Source of the DNA: an uncultured Bacilli bacterium
Lineage (GTDB): Bacteria; Bacillota_I; Bacilli_A; RF39; UBA660
Reading direction: 5' to 3'
Assembly (NCBI GenBank): GCA_963931515.1
Contig: OZ007022.1
Location: 882,122-946,121, forward strand
DNA: 64,000 nucleotides
Under the pieces are notes generated by a model, which searched no databases, was not told where the DNA came from, and saw nothing but the letters and a program-made list of their open reading frames with translations. Both the position numbers and the translations under genes were made by a program. The first letter of the stretch is position 1; the number at the start of each line of letters is the position of its first letter. Positions 29,390 through 39,588 of the stretch are shown piece by piece.

Positions 29390-29638
29390 ATGAAACAAAA
29401 TTTATATATTAATAATTCTAATGAAGAATTTGATACTTGGTTTTATGATAATACATCTGATGATATTGAAACTACTTGTTTATCCTGTGGTTATACAGAA
29501 TTAGTCCCTGATTTTATTTATGATGAAATGTCTAGAAAAAAATACCATTTTAAAATTAGAAAAAAAGTTTCTACTTTAACTTGTCAAAAATGTGGCAAAA
29601 ATACAGCTATTCCTTCATCGTTTTTAAAAAATAACTGA
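29390..29638 (+). CDS. Small zinc-ribbon protein (82 aa) immediately downstream of the IS91-family transposase
   Basis: Two CxxC pairs (CLSCGY, CQKCGK); strong RBS AAGGAGG; followed by a hairpin terminator at 29655-29690. Confidence 0.5.
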   Translation: MKQNLYINNSNEEFDTWFYDNTSDDIETTCLSCGYTELVPDFIYDEMSRKKYHFKIRKKVSTLTCQKCGKNTAIPSSFLKNN

Positions 29639-29704
29639 TGTTATTCTTTTTGGCATGTTCATATTTTTCATCACCTATTTTTTAGGTGATTTTTTTATCC
29701 ATTC

Positions 29705-29730
29705 TATAAATGCACTTTCCTTATATATAA
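29705..29730. repeat. Second copy of the IS200/IS605-type left-end terminal block
   Basis: aaatgcactttccttatata matches 10048-10070 at the outer left end of the tnpB element. Confidence 0.5.
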
Positions 29731-29752
29731 AAAATAAGTAGAATTAATCTAC

Positions 29753-30319
29753 TTATTCAAAGGTTCCTATTTTATCTAGAGGGAAAATTGCGAAGTTAGT
29801 TGTTCCTTCGATGTCTTCACTTGGAATTAGGCCAATAATTCGGCTATCAGTTGAGTTAGTACGATTGTCGCCCATAACAAAATAATAACCTCTTGGTATT
29901 TTTTCATAGCCGAGTTCTTCTAAACTAAAGTCAGCTGTTGTTTTGTTATTTAAAAATGATTCAGCTACATACTCACCATTAATATATAATTTTCCTTCTT
30001 TATATTCAACAGTCTCACCAGGAAGACCAACTATTCTTTTGATTAGTTTAGTATTATTGTAATTAAAGACTACAACATCAAATCTTTCATAATTTTTATC
30101 GTATTTTTTTAACAACAATATTTCTTTATCATCTAAAGTTGAAAACATTGATAATCCTTCTACCTGAACTGGTGTTATAATATAGCTTCTAACTAGAACG
30201 ACAGCTATAATGATTACAATATAAGGTATGGTTCCTTTTAAAAAACCACTTATTTTATTTTCTTTTTTTTCTTCAGTTGCTGGATTTACTTTAGTGTTTT
30301 GCTTTTCATTTTGTGTCAT
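29753..30319 (-). CDS. lepB: Signal peptidase I
   Basis: TM anchor, catalytic Ser box (VEGLSMFSTL) and GDNRTNSTDSRIIG box. Confidence 0.8.
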   Translation of the reverse strand: MTQNEKQNTKVNPATEEKKENKISGFLKGTIPYIVIIIAVVLVRSYIITPVQVEGLSMFSTLDDKEILLLKKYDKNYERFDVVVFNYNNTKLIKRIVGLPGETVEYKEGKLYINGEYVAESFLNNKTTADFSLEELGYEKIPRGYYFVMGDNRTNSTDSRIIGLIPSEDIEGTTNFAIFPLDKIGTFE

Positions 30320-30360
30320 AGATTTCCCTCCTTAACGAAAAAATAAGGACGTTAAAGGCC

Positions 30361-30699
30361 TTATTTTCTTTCTTTGATTTTTGCTTGTCCTTTAAGGTCA
30401 CGTAAATAATTAAGTTTAGCTCTTCTAACTTTACCTTTTCTAATTACTTCTACGCTATCAACCTTAGGTGAGCTATATGGGAAAGTTCTTTCTACACCTA
30501 CACCACTAGATTTTTTTCTAACAGTATAGTTTTTACTTACTCCGCTACCTTTGATAGCTATTACGATACCTTCGAACGCTTGAATTCTTTCACGTTTTCC
30601 TTCGATGATACGAACGTTTACTTTAATGGTATCACCAACACGGAATTCTGGTAAATCTGTTCTGATTTGTTTTTGGGTAATTTTATCTACCAAATTCAC
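30361..30699 (-). CDS. rplS: 50S ribosomal protein L19
   Basis: [27 protein letters not shown]...[13 protein letters not shown]...[14 protein letters not shown]; GTG start at 30697-30699 with RBS AAGGAG 8 nt upstream. Confidence 0.8.
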   Translation of the reverse strand: MNLVDKITQKQIRTDLPEFRVGDTIKVNVRIIEGKRERIQAFEGIVIAIKGSGVSKNYTVRKKSSGVGVERTFPYSSPKVDSVEVIRKGKVRRAKLNYLRDLKGQAKIKERK

Positions 30700-30811
30700 A
30701 GCAATCACTCCTTTGCATAAATCTATGATCATAAGTAAATTTAACTCCCAGCGGATCACGACGTATTAAATTGTATCATATATTTTGAAAGAATGCAAGA
30801 GATTGAAAATT

Positions 30812-31267
30812 TTACCTGGATTTTCCTTGTGATTTAGTACTTTGTTTAGTAAGTTCTTTTAGCTTTTGATTTAATTCTAATTCAACCATCCCAACTTTGT
30901 GTAAAAGTTGTTTAATATATTTTTTATCTAAGAATTTAGAATATTTATTCATGATTATATTTTTATATCTAGCAACATCATCAATAACAAGTTCTAATTC
31001 ATCTGGATCATCATCATCGTCATCAATAACAGTGAAAAGAAATGTAAGATAAGTATTTAGTTTATGTTTTGTTTTTCTTTTTAAAACATTTTCAATTAAT
31101 GAAGGTTCCATTAAGACTAATCTACTAACTTCAACACCTTCATAAGGGACATTATTTCTAGGTTTTATTTTAAAACCATGTAGATGACTATAATCAATAT
31201 ATCCATAAACTATTTCATTATTATCTTTATCACAAATGTAATATCTTTCATCCATTTTTCTCACCAT
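30812..31267 (-). CDS. Hypothetical protein (151 aa) between trmD and rplS, with an acidic DDDDDDPDE tract
   Basis: ORF overlaps the trmD 3' end by 20 nt; no motif recognised. Confidence 0.45.
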   Translation of the reverse strand: MVRKMDERYYICDKDNNEIVYGYIDYSHLHGFKIKPRNNVPYEGVEVSRLVLMEPSLIENVLKRKTKHKLNTYLTFLFTVIDDDDDDPDELELVIDDVARYKNIIMNKYSKFLDKKYIKQLLHKVGMVELELNQKLKELTKQSTKSQGKSR

Positions 31268-31928
31268 TTTCTAATAAGTCTGGGCGTCTTTGTTTAGTCT
31301 TTTTTAGAGCTTCTTCTTCACGGTATTTTCTTATATTAGCATGATGACCTGATAATAGAACATCTGGTACTTTCATACCTCTAAAATCTACAGGCTTAGT
31401 ATAAACTGGGTAGTCTAATAAGTTATTATTAAAAGAATCGTTTAGATGTGATTCTTTTTCAATAACACCATCTATTAATCTAGTTATACTATCTGTTATA
31501 ACCATACTAGCTAGTTCTCCACCAGTTAAAACATAATCACCAATGCTTATTTCCATATCAGCTAGAGTTCTAATGCGTTCATCAAAGCCTTCATAGTGAC
31601 CACATATTAATATTAGATGTTTTTCCTTAGTTAGTTCGTAAGCTAGTTTTTGGTTATAGGTTTTACCTTGAGGAGTCATTAATATAACTTTAGTATTCTC
31701 TTTTTTTAAGTCATCTACAGCATCGAAAATGGGCTGTGGCATTAATACCATACCATGTCCGCCACCATAACCATAATCATCGACTTTTTTATGAGGATCT
31801 TTACTATATTTTCGAATGTCATGAATTTGAATATCGACGAGTTTTTGCTTGATTGCTCTTTTAATTATGGAAGTATTTAAAAAGCCATCAAACATTTCAG
31901 GAAAAATTGTTAGGATATCAATCTTCAT
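31248..31928 (-). CDS. trmD: tRNA (guanine37-N1)-methyltransferase TrmD
   Basis: [25 protein letters not shown] and SPOUT-fold C-terminus. Confidence 0.85.
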   Translation of the reverse strand: MKIDILTIFPEMFDGFLNTSIIKRAIKQKLVDIQIHDIRKYSKDPHKKVDDYGYGGGHGMVLMPQPIFDAVDDLKKENTKVILMTPQGKTYNQKLAYELTKEKHLILICGHYEGFDERIRTLADMEISIGDYVLTGGELASMVITDSITRLIDGVIEKESHLNDSFNNNLLDYPVYTKPVDFRGMKVPDVLLSGHHANIRKYREEEALKKTKQRRPDLLENGEKNG

Positions 31929-32397
31929 CGGTAAATCCTTTGATCAAATCTAAGTGAATGTCTTTACCGATATTTTTTACAAATTCATCAACATAAGGGA
32001 TAAGATATTCTTTATCACCTTGGACAACTAAAATTTCATGTCCTTTATTATCTATAATATTAGTTAAAGAGCCAATATATTTATCTTTATCGTAAACTTT
32101 TTTACCATATAAATCTTCATTGAGTGGTCCTGGAAATGTGTATTCATCTTTATTTATATAAACTTTTTCGCCTTTAAATTTTAATACTTCATTTATATTG
32201 TTATATCCATCAAAAGTTACCATATCATAATTTTTATGTTTACGATAGGCTTTTATTTTTAACTTTTCCCCATTTATATATAGAATATTACTCGGTTTAA
32301 AAATGGTACTTTTATATTTTAAATTAGAGATGATACGGACTTCGCCCTTAATGCCATGGGTATTTACTAAATCACCAATATATAGCATTTTTATCAC
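31918..32397 (-). CDS. rimM: 16S rRNA processing protein RimM
   Basis: [19 protein letters not shown] start and PRC-barrel C-terminus; overlaps trmD. Confidence 0.8.
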   Translation of the reverse strand: MIKMLYIGDLVNTHGIKGEVRIISNLKYKSTIFKPSNILYINGEKLKIKAYRKHKNYDMVTFDGYNNINEVLKFKGEKVYINKDEYTFPGPLNEDLYGKKVYDKDKYIGSLTNIIDNKGHEILVVQGDKEYLIPYVDEFVKNIGKDIHLDLIKGFTDED

Positions 32398-32399
32398 CT

Positions 32400-33122
32400 C
32401 TACTTCGTTAATTCATATAAAATAATACTTGTGGCTACACCGACGTTTAGACTTTCGCACTTACTATTCATCGGAATATACAAATATTCATCACACATAT
32501 CTAATAGTTTTGGATTTACACCATTACCTTCATTTCCCATTATTATAGCAAATTTCGAGATTTTTTCAAGGGTTTTAAGGTCTTTTCCTCCATCAACTTT
32601 GGTGCCATAAACAGGTATTTTACCTTTGATTTCATTTAGAAAAATTGTTAAATCTTTTTTTATTATATTGGTTTTAAAAATCATACCTTGTGATGATCTA
32701 ATTACTTTATCACTATAAGGATCTGCACATTTATCGTTGATAATTATGGTATCAATATTAAAAGCTACACTGCTTCTAATGATTGTTCCTAAGTTCCCTG
32801 GATCTTGAATACTATCTAAAATTAATAATTTATTTCCTTTTAAAGTCATGGGTTTAGGTGTACATATACCAATAATGCCAACAGGCGATTCTACTTCGGT
32901 TAAGGTATTTAAAACATTTTCGGTGATGTAATTTGTTTCAACATCTAGATTAAAGGTTTTATTTTCTAATAAGAGTAATTCTTTTAAATATCCACTTTCA
33001 TATGCTTCTTTAACTAGATGGGCACCTTCAACTAGAAAAAGATTTTGCTTATTGCGATATTTTTTTGTTTTGAGTTTAGTGAGCTGTTTTATTTTTGGAT
33101 TATTAACTGAACTATAAAGCAT
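32400..33122 (-). CDS. TrmH/SpoU-family RNA methyltransferase
   Basis: SPOUT motifs (LDSIQDPGNLGTIIRS, IIMGNEGNGV, SLNVGVATSI). Confidence 0.7.
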   Translation of the reverse strand: MLYSSVNNPKIKQLTKLKTKKYRNKQNLFLVEGAHLVKEAYESGYLKELLLLENKTFNLDVETNYITENVLNTLTEVESPVGIIGICTPKPMTLKGNKLLILDSIQDPGNLGTIIRSSVAFNIDTIIINDKCADPYSDKVIRSSQGMIFKTNIIKKDLTIFLNEIKGKIPVYGTKVDGGKDLKTLEKISKFAIIMGNEGNGVNPKLLDMCDEYLYIPMNSKCESLNVGVATSIILYELTK

Positions 33123-33139
33123 GTTTTCCTCTTTTTAGA

Positions 33140-33511
33140 TTACTCATCTTGAGTGGTGTTATAATTATAACTAAATCTAGTGCCATCATAAGTGATTTCA
33201 ACAACATTATCCATTTTAAAGCTTTCATCGGTTTTAGGATTTATAATTTCACCAGATGGAAGTAAGCCTTTTTCTTGAAGTTCTCTTAGCGTTACGGTAC
33301 AGGTCTCAGTTTGGCATTTAGTCATATTAAAAATATCTTCACCAACATAATTTTTAGCGGCTCTTTCAAAACTGTCTATTTGTTCTTCGTAGACTTCATT
33401 TGTGTTATCAACGATGGTTCTTTGAATGATTGGTACAGTAATCATGGCAAGAATACCTAAAATGACAATAACTCCTAATAATTCAACGAGTGTAAAACCT
33501 TTATTTTTCAT
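33140..33511 (-). CDS. Prepilin-type N-terminal cleavage/methylation domain protein (pseudopilin-like)
   Basis: MKNKGFTLVELLGVIVILGILA class-III signal peptide. Confidence 0.65.
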   Translation of the reverse strand: MKNKGFTLVELLGVIVILGILAMITVPIIQRTIVDNTNEVYEEQIDSFERAAKNYVGEDIFNMTKCQTETCTVTLRELQEKGLLPSGEIINPKTDESFKMDNVVEITYDGTRFSYNYNTTQDE

Positions 33512-33601
33512 TTTTCTTCACCTACTATAAATTATAAATTAGGCATGAGGATTAGTCAAGGTTTATAAAAATTTTGACATAGAAAAAGCACGCTTTGGTG
33601 C

Positions 33602-34831
33602 TTATTGTTCAGTTGTTTCTTCAGTAGGTATTTCTGGGTTAGATGGTTCTTCATATATTTTTAACTGACTATTTAAAATATATCCTGTTTGACCTTGATA
33701 AGTTACTCTAGACCATGTTTCACTAGTTCCAGTTCTTGTTATAATGGTTTCTTCTTGAATAGACGATATTTTGTTATCTAGTTCAGTAGATGGAGATTTA
33801 CGAAAGATGGCACTACCAACTGTGACTACTTGTTCATTAGTTTCACTAAAAGTCACTTTTTTAATGGCTTCGGCATTTGGATCTAAGCTTACTTCGCTAT
33901 CGTCTTTAGCTTGGTCAGAGGCGTTTGTAGATAATCTAAAATAGGCTATATTTAGATCTACTCTACCACTTATACCACTAACTATGCCATTACTAGTGTA
34001 CTGCCAAATATTATATTTTCCTGCATAATTGGTTTTATCTGTGTAATGAGCAAGCCATACTTTATATTTATTTAAGTTATTCATATTCCAAATTGGTCCA
34101 AAGGTGCTTTTACTTCCATAATGCATGGCAGTGTATCCGGCGCTTTGAATTCTATTTAGGAATGTTATAGCATTTTTATTTAATTGATCATAACTAACAC
34201 CGGCTAAACGATGACGATTAAAATCTTCTAAGTCGAAAGCTACTGGATAAGTTATGTTATAGTTTTTAATGGCGTTTATGGTGAAATTAGCTTCTTCTAA
34301 GGCTTCCATTTCGTTTTTGGCTACAGAATAAAAATATATACCGACATGAATGTTATTGGCTAAAGCTCCTTCAATATTCTTTTTAAAATATGGGTCCATG
34401 ACTATTTTGCCAGTACCATATCCACGATATCCTACTCTTATAATGGCAAAGTCAATACCATCTTGTTTGACTTTAGACCAGTTAATATTGCCTTGATATT
34501 TTGATACGTCAATGCCAAGTGAAGTTCCACTTGTTTCATACTGTTTAATATCATTCACGGTAAAACTACCTCTAGTATCTTTTGGTCTATTTTGTTTCAT
34601 TCCATCTTCTTTATCATTGATGGGAGCGACTTCTATTTCAGGTTCTTTTTCAACTATTGGGACAGTATATGTGGGAATGCTATATTTTTTTAGTAAGCTA
34701 TTATTTTCTGCGCAATAGTTTGTTTCCATATTTAATATGGTATTATAAGATGAACTTAGAATGATAGATAAAATTAAAATGATTAAAAAAGGCGTATATT
34801 TTAAGGCTTTTAAATTTAATATTTTTTTCAT
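33602..34831 (-). CDS. Secreted GH25-family muramidase (lysozyme)
   Basis: Signal peptide and GH25 catalytic module (LGIDVSKYQGNINWSKVKQDGIDFAIIRVGYRG). Confidence 0.7.
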   Translation of the reverse strand: MKKILNLKALKYTPFLIILILSIILSSSYNTILNMETNYCAENNSLLKKYSIPTYTVPIVEKEPEIEVAPINDKEDGMKQNRPKDTRGSFTVNDIKQYETSGTSLGIDVSKYQGNINWSKVKQDGIDFAIIRVGYRGYGTGKIVMDPYFKKNIEGALANNIHVGIYFYSVAKNEMEALEEANFTINAIKNYNITYPVAFDLEDFNRHRLAGVSYDQLNKNAITFLNRIQSAGYTAMHYGSKSTFGPIWNMNNLNKYKVWLAHYTDKTNYAGKYNIWQYTSNGIVSGISGRVDLNIAYFRLSTNASDQAKDDSEVSLDPNAEAIKKVTFSETNEQVVTVGSAIFRKSPSTELDNKISSIQEETIITRTGTSETWSRVTYQGQTGYILNSQLKIYEEPSNPEIPTEETTEQ

Positions 34832-34894
34832 ATTTTTCTCCCTACTAGAACTTTACAATAACATTATATATTTTATGTTAACCAATGTAAAGCA

Positions 34895-36511
34895 CTAAAT
34901 TAATTTAACGAGAGCAAGGTGTTTCTTTTCAACTTCTTTAAGTTTTTGTTTTAATTGGTCTTTACACTTTTCATAGTATTTACTTTTTGATAAAATGTTT
35001 AAATATTCATTTATTTTGTTTAGGTAATAGTCTAATGATGTTTCTTTATATTTATCAATATAGATATATATTAGTTCTTCATCGGCTTCATATATGCCTT
35101 TTTGGGCAGCTTTTTTAAAATATTCAGTGGCTTTATTTATATCTTTTTCAGTGCCGGTTTGATGATTACCATTTAGATAAAAATATTTAGCTAGGTTATA
35201 GAATGCCCAATGGTCTAAGATGTTTAAAGGAACTTCAGTGGCTAATTTATAGTATTTGAAAGCTTTTGTCATATCTATTTCACCAGCAATGCCTAAGCGG
35301 TAATACTCGCCTATCTTATTACATGCCCAACTTTCCTCTTTATCAGCACCAAACATAAAATATTTATAAGCTTTTTTATAATTTCCTTTTTTCTCGTAGA
35401 TTTTTCCTAAATTATTTCCAGCATAAACATAATCATGAGCGAATGCTTTTTTGAAATATTCAATGGCTTTAGTTTCACTTTGAGGTTCATTTGGAACTAG
35501 ACCATTTAAGTAACATACACCGATTGTGTTAGTGGCAGCTACACTGCCTACCTTTTCAGCTTTTTTTAGATAATGCCAAGCAAGTTTTAAATCATCTTTA
35601 GAAAGATCGCCTATTTTCTTTTGATATATCATTTGGGCAATTAGCCAACATGACCTTGGATGATTTTTGTCAGCGGCAATTTTAAAGTATTCATAACTTT
35701 TGATATATCTTGGATATCCGGTCATTTGACCTGTGTATTCCATCTCACCGATTTCATAACAAGCATATGGATTTTTTTCTTTAGCTAGTTTTTTTAAGGA
35801 ATGAGTATAATTGATTCCATCTTGTATTTGAAGTTTTAAGAATTTCTCTAATTCTGTTACAGAAATGTTGGTACTATTTAAAATGTTTTCGATGATTTCT
35901 TTATGTGTGGTTTGTGTATATATAGGTTGTTTTTTCTCTAAGACAATATATATAAGAATATCGCATAAGGTTTTATATGTTTCATTTTGAGAGATTTGCT
36001 TATAGATAGTTTCAGTAAATGTACTAGAGACGCTTTCATCATTTTTGGCTATGTTATATAGTTCTAAAAGTAGTTTTTTTAATGTTGAATGATTTTGAGT
36101 TTTCTCTATTAATTCTTGGTGAGATAGTTTTGAATAAACTTCTCCATCTAGTATAGATAAAAGGCCGGTGATGACGTCGTCAAAAATTTCTAGGTTTTCT
36201 TGGTAATGATTTTTATAAGATATATATTTTTGTCTAAATTCTGTTCCGATGGCACGGTAGCCAATACAGTAATTATTAACTGTAGAATCACTGACATTAT
36301 CAACACTAAAGAGGCAATAGAATATTTCTGTTTGATTGGCAAAGCTTTTATTTTGGGCAAGTTCTTTGACAATTTTACAAAAGTTACCCAATGATAGTTG
36401 ATTTTGATTGTTATTCATTTTTACGAATTGTTTTTTCATTTTTATCACCGTATGTATTATATCATATTTTGAGTGAAATGTGTGGATTTTTTGTTTTAAT
36501 GTGGAATACAC
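34895..36511 (-). CDS. Sel1/TPR-like repeat protein (538 aa)
   Basis: Tandem ~36-aa Sel1-like repeats in the C-terminal half (repeated A..YFKKAA..G and NLG..YE.G patterns). Confidence 0.6.
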   Translation of the reverse strand: MYSTLKQKIHTFHSKYDIIHTVIKMKKQFVKMNNNQNQLSLGNFCKIVKELAQNKSFANQTEIFYCLFSVDNVSDSTVNNYCIGYRAIGTEFRQKYISYKNHYQENLEIFDDVITGLLSILDGEVYSKLSHQELIEKTQNHSTLKKLLLELYNIAKNDESVSSTFTETIYKQISQNETYKTLCDILIYIVLEKKQPIYTQTTHKEIIENILNSTNISVTELEKFLKLQIQDGINYTHSLKKLAKEKNPYACYEIGEMEYTGQMTGYPRYIKSYEYFKIAADKNHPRSCWLIAQMIYQKKIGDLSKDDLKLAWHYLKKAEKVGSVAATNTIGVCYLNGLVPNEPQSETKAIEYFKKAFAHDYVYAGNNLGKIYEKKGNYKKAYKYFMFGADKEESWACNKIGEYYRLGIAGEIDMTKAFKYYKLATEVPLNILDHWAFYNLAKYFYLNGNHQTGTEKDINKATEYFKKAAQKGIYEADEELIYIYIDKYKETSLDYYLNKINEYLNILSKSKYYEKCKDQLKQKLKEVEKKHLALVKLI

Positions 36512-36565
36512 ATGTTGGGCATTTTACTATAAATTGCTTATAATGTACTAGGAAGGAGTTTTTAT

Positions 36566-37870
36566 ATGAAAAAGTTTAAAAATTTTTTAAAGAATTATAA
36601 GACGATGCTTATCTTAATATTAGCAATGATTATTGGGGCAATATGTGGTCTTATATTTAAAGAAGATGCGATGGTGGTTAAACCACTAGGAGATTTATTT
36701 TTGAATTTGATGTTTGTAATTATTGTACCGCTTGTGTTTTTAACAATTTCACTTGCGGTGGCTAAAGTCAAACATCCAAAAAGACTTGGTAAAATTATGA
36801 TATCAACGGTTATTGTGTTTTTGATTACTTCGATAATTGCGGTTGGTATTGGATTTATAAGTACTTATTTTGTTGATTTGGTTGATGCGGGTGATTCTTC
36901 ATCTATTAGGGAATTATTTGATGGTGAGGTAGCTAGTGATACTGATTTGAATTTTTTAGAGAGAACTGTTCAGTTAATTAGTGTTGATGATTTTACTGGA
37001 TTACTTTCTAAAGATAATGTGGTAGCTTTGCTAGTATGTGCTTTGATTGTTGGTTTTTCAATGAGAATGAGTGGCGAGAAAGCGGAACCTCTTTTAAAGG
37101 TTATGGAAAGTGCGCATAGTGTAGTATTTAATTTCATAAAGATAACTATGTACTATGCTCCAATTGGTATTGGTTGTTATTTTGCTTCATATGTTGGAAG
37201 TTTTGGTGCTAGTATTGCAACAGGTTTCCTTAAGACGTTTATTTTATATGCATTAGTAGCTCTTGCTTATTATGTAATTATTTATACTTTATATGCCTTT
37301 ATTTCTGGAGGTAAGAAAGCGGTTGTTGTTTGGTGGAAAAATATTTTACCTTCAACATTTACAGCTTTAGCTACATGTTCTTCTGCAGCGTGCATTCCAA
37401 TTAATATTGATTCAGCTAAAAAGATGAATGTATCTGATGATGTTGCTGATACTACAATTTCACTTGCGACTAATTTACATCAAGATGGTTCAATGATTGG
37501 TAGTGTGTTTAAAATTATGTTCTTAGTTTGCCTATTTGGAACAAATATTGCTGATGCTGGAACTACTATTCAAATTTTAGTTACAGCTTTGGTTGCTTCT
37601 GTGTTAATTAGTGCAGTTCCAATTGGTGGAGGTACTATTAGTGAGATGGTTATTATTTCAATGATGGGTTATCCAGTTGCAGCTTTACCAGTACTTACAA
37701 TGATTGCGACAGTTATTGATGCTCCAGCTACGGCTTTAAATGCAGTTGGTGATACTAGTTGTACATTACTTGTTTCAAGAGCTGTCGATGGTAATGATTG
37801 GTTAGATAAAAATAAAGTTATTGGTGAAGCAGAAATTAAAGGTAAAAATAAGAAAAGTAAAAGAAAATAA
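36566..37870 (+). CDS. Dicarboxylate/amino acid:cation symporter (DAACS family)
   Basis: Polytopic transporter with the SSAACIPINID reentrant-loop motif. Confidence 0.75.
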   Translation: MKKFKNFLKNYKTMLILILAMIIGAICGLIFKEDAMVVKPLGDLFLNLMFVIIVPLVFLTISLAVAKVKHPKRLGKIMISTVIVFLITSIIAVGIGFISTYFVDLVDAGDSSSIRELFDGEVASDTDLNFLERTVQLISVDDFTGLLSKDNVVALLVCALIVGFSMRMSGEKAEPLLKVMESAHSVVFNFIKITMYYAPIGIGCYFASYVGSFGASIATGFLKTFILYALVALAYYVIIYTLYAFISGGKKAVVVWWKNILPSTFTALATCSSAACIPINIDSAKKMNVSDDVADTTISLATNLHQDGSMIGSVFKIMFLVCLFGTNIADAGTTIQILVTALVASVLISAVPIGGGTISEMVIISMMGYPVAALPVLTMIATVIDAPATALNAVGDTSCTLLVSRAVDGNDWLDKNKVIGEAEIKGKNKKSKRK

Positions 37871-37897
37871 TAAAGAGTTCATTTGTGATGAACTCTT

Positions 37898-38428
37898 TTA
37901 GTTTGTTAAATATTGATTTATAAAATTTATTAAAGCATTACATATGTTTTCAATATTATCTATGTATAAGTATTTGGGGTTTAGTATTATTTGGATAATG
38001 TCAACACTATTATATTCAAATTCTTTATGATAATTTTTATTATATATTGTTTTGACATTATTGTTTTTAAATGAAGTTTCTAATTGTTTTATTACTGGGA
38101 AAATAGCATTTAGATTTTTAGATGTTTCAATTTCGAGATCAAAGCCATTATCTTTATTATCTATAGTAATACTGATAAGCAATTTTATGTTTTGATTATT
38201 AATTAGATTCAAAAGAATTGGTTTAAAATTTTCTTCTAAATTGGTTTCACTTATATTTATTAAAAATGAACTTTCAGTAGCATTAGAGATATATTTGGCG
38301 ATGGTGTTACTGTTTTTTTCATTTTCGTTTACTTTTGGAGTAATTATAATGACTGGGGTTAGGCCCATTTTTATTATGTATGGAGAGTTTGAAAAGTTAT
38401 AGTTTTTGATTTCATCTTTAAAATTCAT
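37898..38428 (-). CDS. Hypothetical protein (176 aa)
   Basis: ORF only; Asn-rich, no motif. Confidence 0.4.
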   Translation of the reverse strand: MNFKDEIKNYNFSNSPYIIKMGLTPVIIITPKVNENEKNSNTIAKYISNATESSFLINISETNLEENFKPILLNLINNQNIKLLISITIDNKDNGFDLEIETSKNLNAIFPVIKQLETSFKNNNVKTIYNKNYHKEFEYNSVDIIQIILNPKYLYIDNIENICNALINFINQYLTN

Positions 38429-38514
38429 ATTATCACCATTATTATTTTATCACATCTTGTCTTAATATAGGGGCAATAATTAAATATATGTAATATTTAA
38501 ACGTTATTAAAAAT

Positions 38515-39588
38515 TTAATGTCTTGAAATATTTAGAATGATTCCCATGGATGCGAGGGTTATGAGTAGGCTTGAACCACCATATGATAAAAACGGTAATG
38601 TTACCCCAGTTACTGGTATTAAACCAATAACGACACTTAGGTTTAATAAGGCTTGAAAGGCTAACATGAAAATGATTCCAAAAGCTAAATATTTACCAAA
38701 TAAATCTTCACATTTTAGGGCTATTTTAATAGCTTGATATATGATAAAAGCAAATAGTCCAGAGACAATAAGGACACCCATAAAGCCAAATTCTTCACTG
38801 ATTATTGAGAATATGAAATCAGTTTGGGGTTCTGGAAGGTAGAAATGTTTTTGTCTAGAACCACCTAACCCATAACCAAACAAGCCACCTGGTCCTATTG
38901 CATACAATGACTGAATAATTTGAAATCCACTACCTAATGGATCACTCCAAGGGTTTAAGAAAGATAAAATTCTTTTTAATCTATAAGGAGCAGCTAAAAT
39001 TAAGGCAACGATTCCACCTACTCCTAAAAGGCCGATTTTCAAAAAGAATTTTAAATCTACTCCTCCGACGAATAGTAAACCAATAACACCCATGACTAAG
39101 ATAACACCAGTTCCAAAATCGGGCTGAAGCATAATTAAAAGAAAGATTATTAAAGTTAAACCGAGGATTGGCATAACACCTTTTTTTATATTGCCAATAT
39201 CTTTTTTATTGTTATATAGATATTTACTGGTGAATATTATCATGGCTAGTTTCATGAATTCACTGGGCTGGATACCAAATGAACCAATGCCAAACCAACT
39301 TTTACTACCATTTCTTTCAGTTCCAACAATTAAAACTAGAACAATTAAGATAAAACAAACTAGGAAAATTTTAGAAGCATACTTATAATATTTTTTATAA
39401 TCTATTTTACTTACAAAATACATGATAATAATACCTAAAATTAAAAAGAGTCCTTGGTTTTTAACGTATTTAAATGGGTCATCAAATTTATATTCGGCCC
39501 AAATGCTTGAGGAAGAATAAACCATTAAAAGTCCAAACAAGGATAAAATAATAACACTTATAAATAAACTTAGATTAAATTTTTTCAT
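38515..39588 (-). CDS. ftsW: SEDS-family peptidoglycan glycosyltransferase FtsW/RodA
   Basis: Ten-TM SEDS architecture with conserved PEPQTDFIFS and GGSS motifs; start taken at MKKFNLSLF. Confidence 0.8.
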   Translation of the reverse strand: MKKFNLSLFISVIILSLFGLLMVYSSSSIWAEYKFDDPFKYVKNQGLFLILGIIIMYFVSKIDYKKYYKYASKIFLVCFILIVLVLIVGTERNGSKSWFGIGSFGIQPSEFMKLAMIIFTSKYLYNNKKDIGNIKKGVMPILGLTLIIFLLIMLQPDFGTGVILVMGVIGLLFVGGVDLKFFLKIGLLGVGGIVALILAAPYRLKRILSFLNPWSDPLGSGFQIIQSLYAIGPGGLFGYGLGGSRQKHFYLPEPQTDFIFSIISEEFGFMGVLIVSGLFAFIIYQAIKIALKCEDLFGKYLAFGIIFMLAFQALLNLSVVIGLIPVTGVTLPFLSYGGSSLLITLASMGIILNISRH

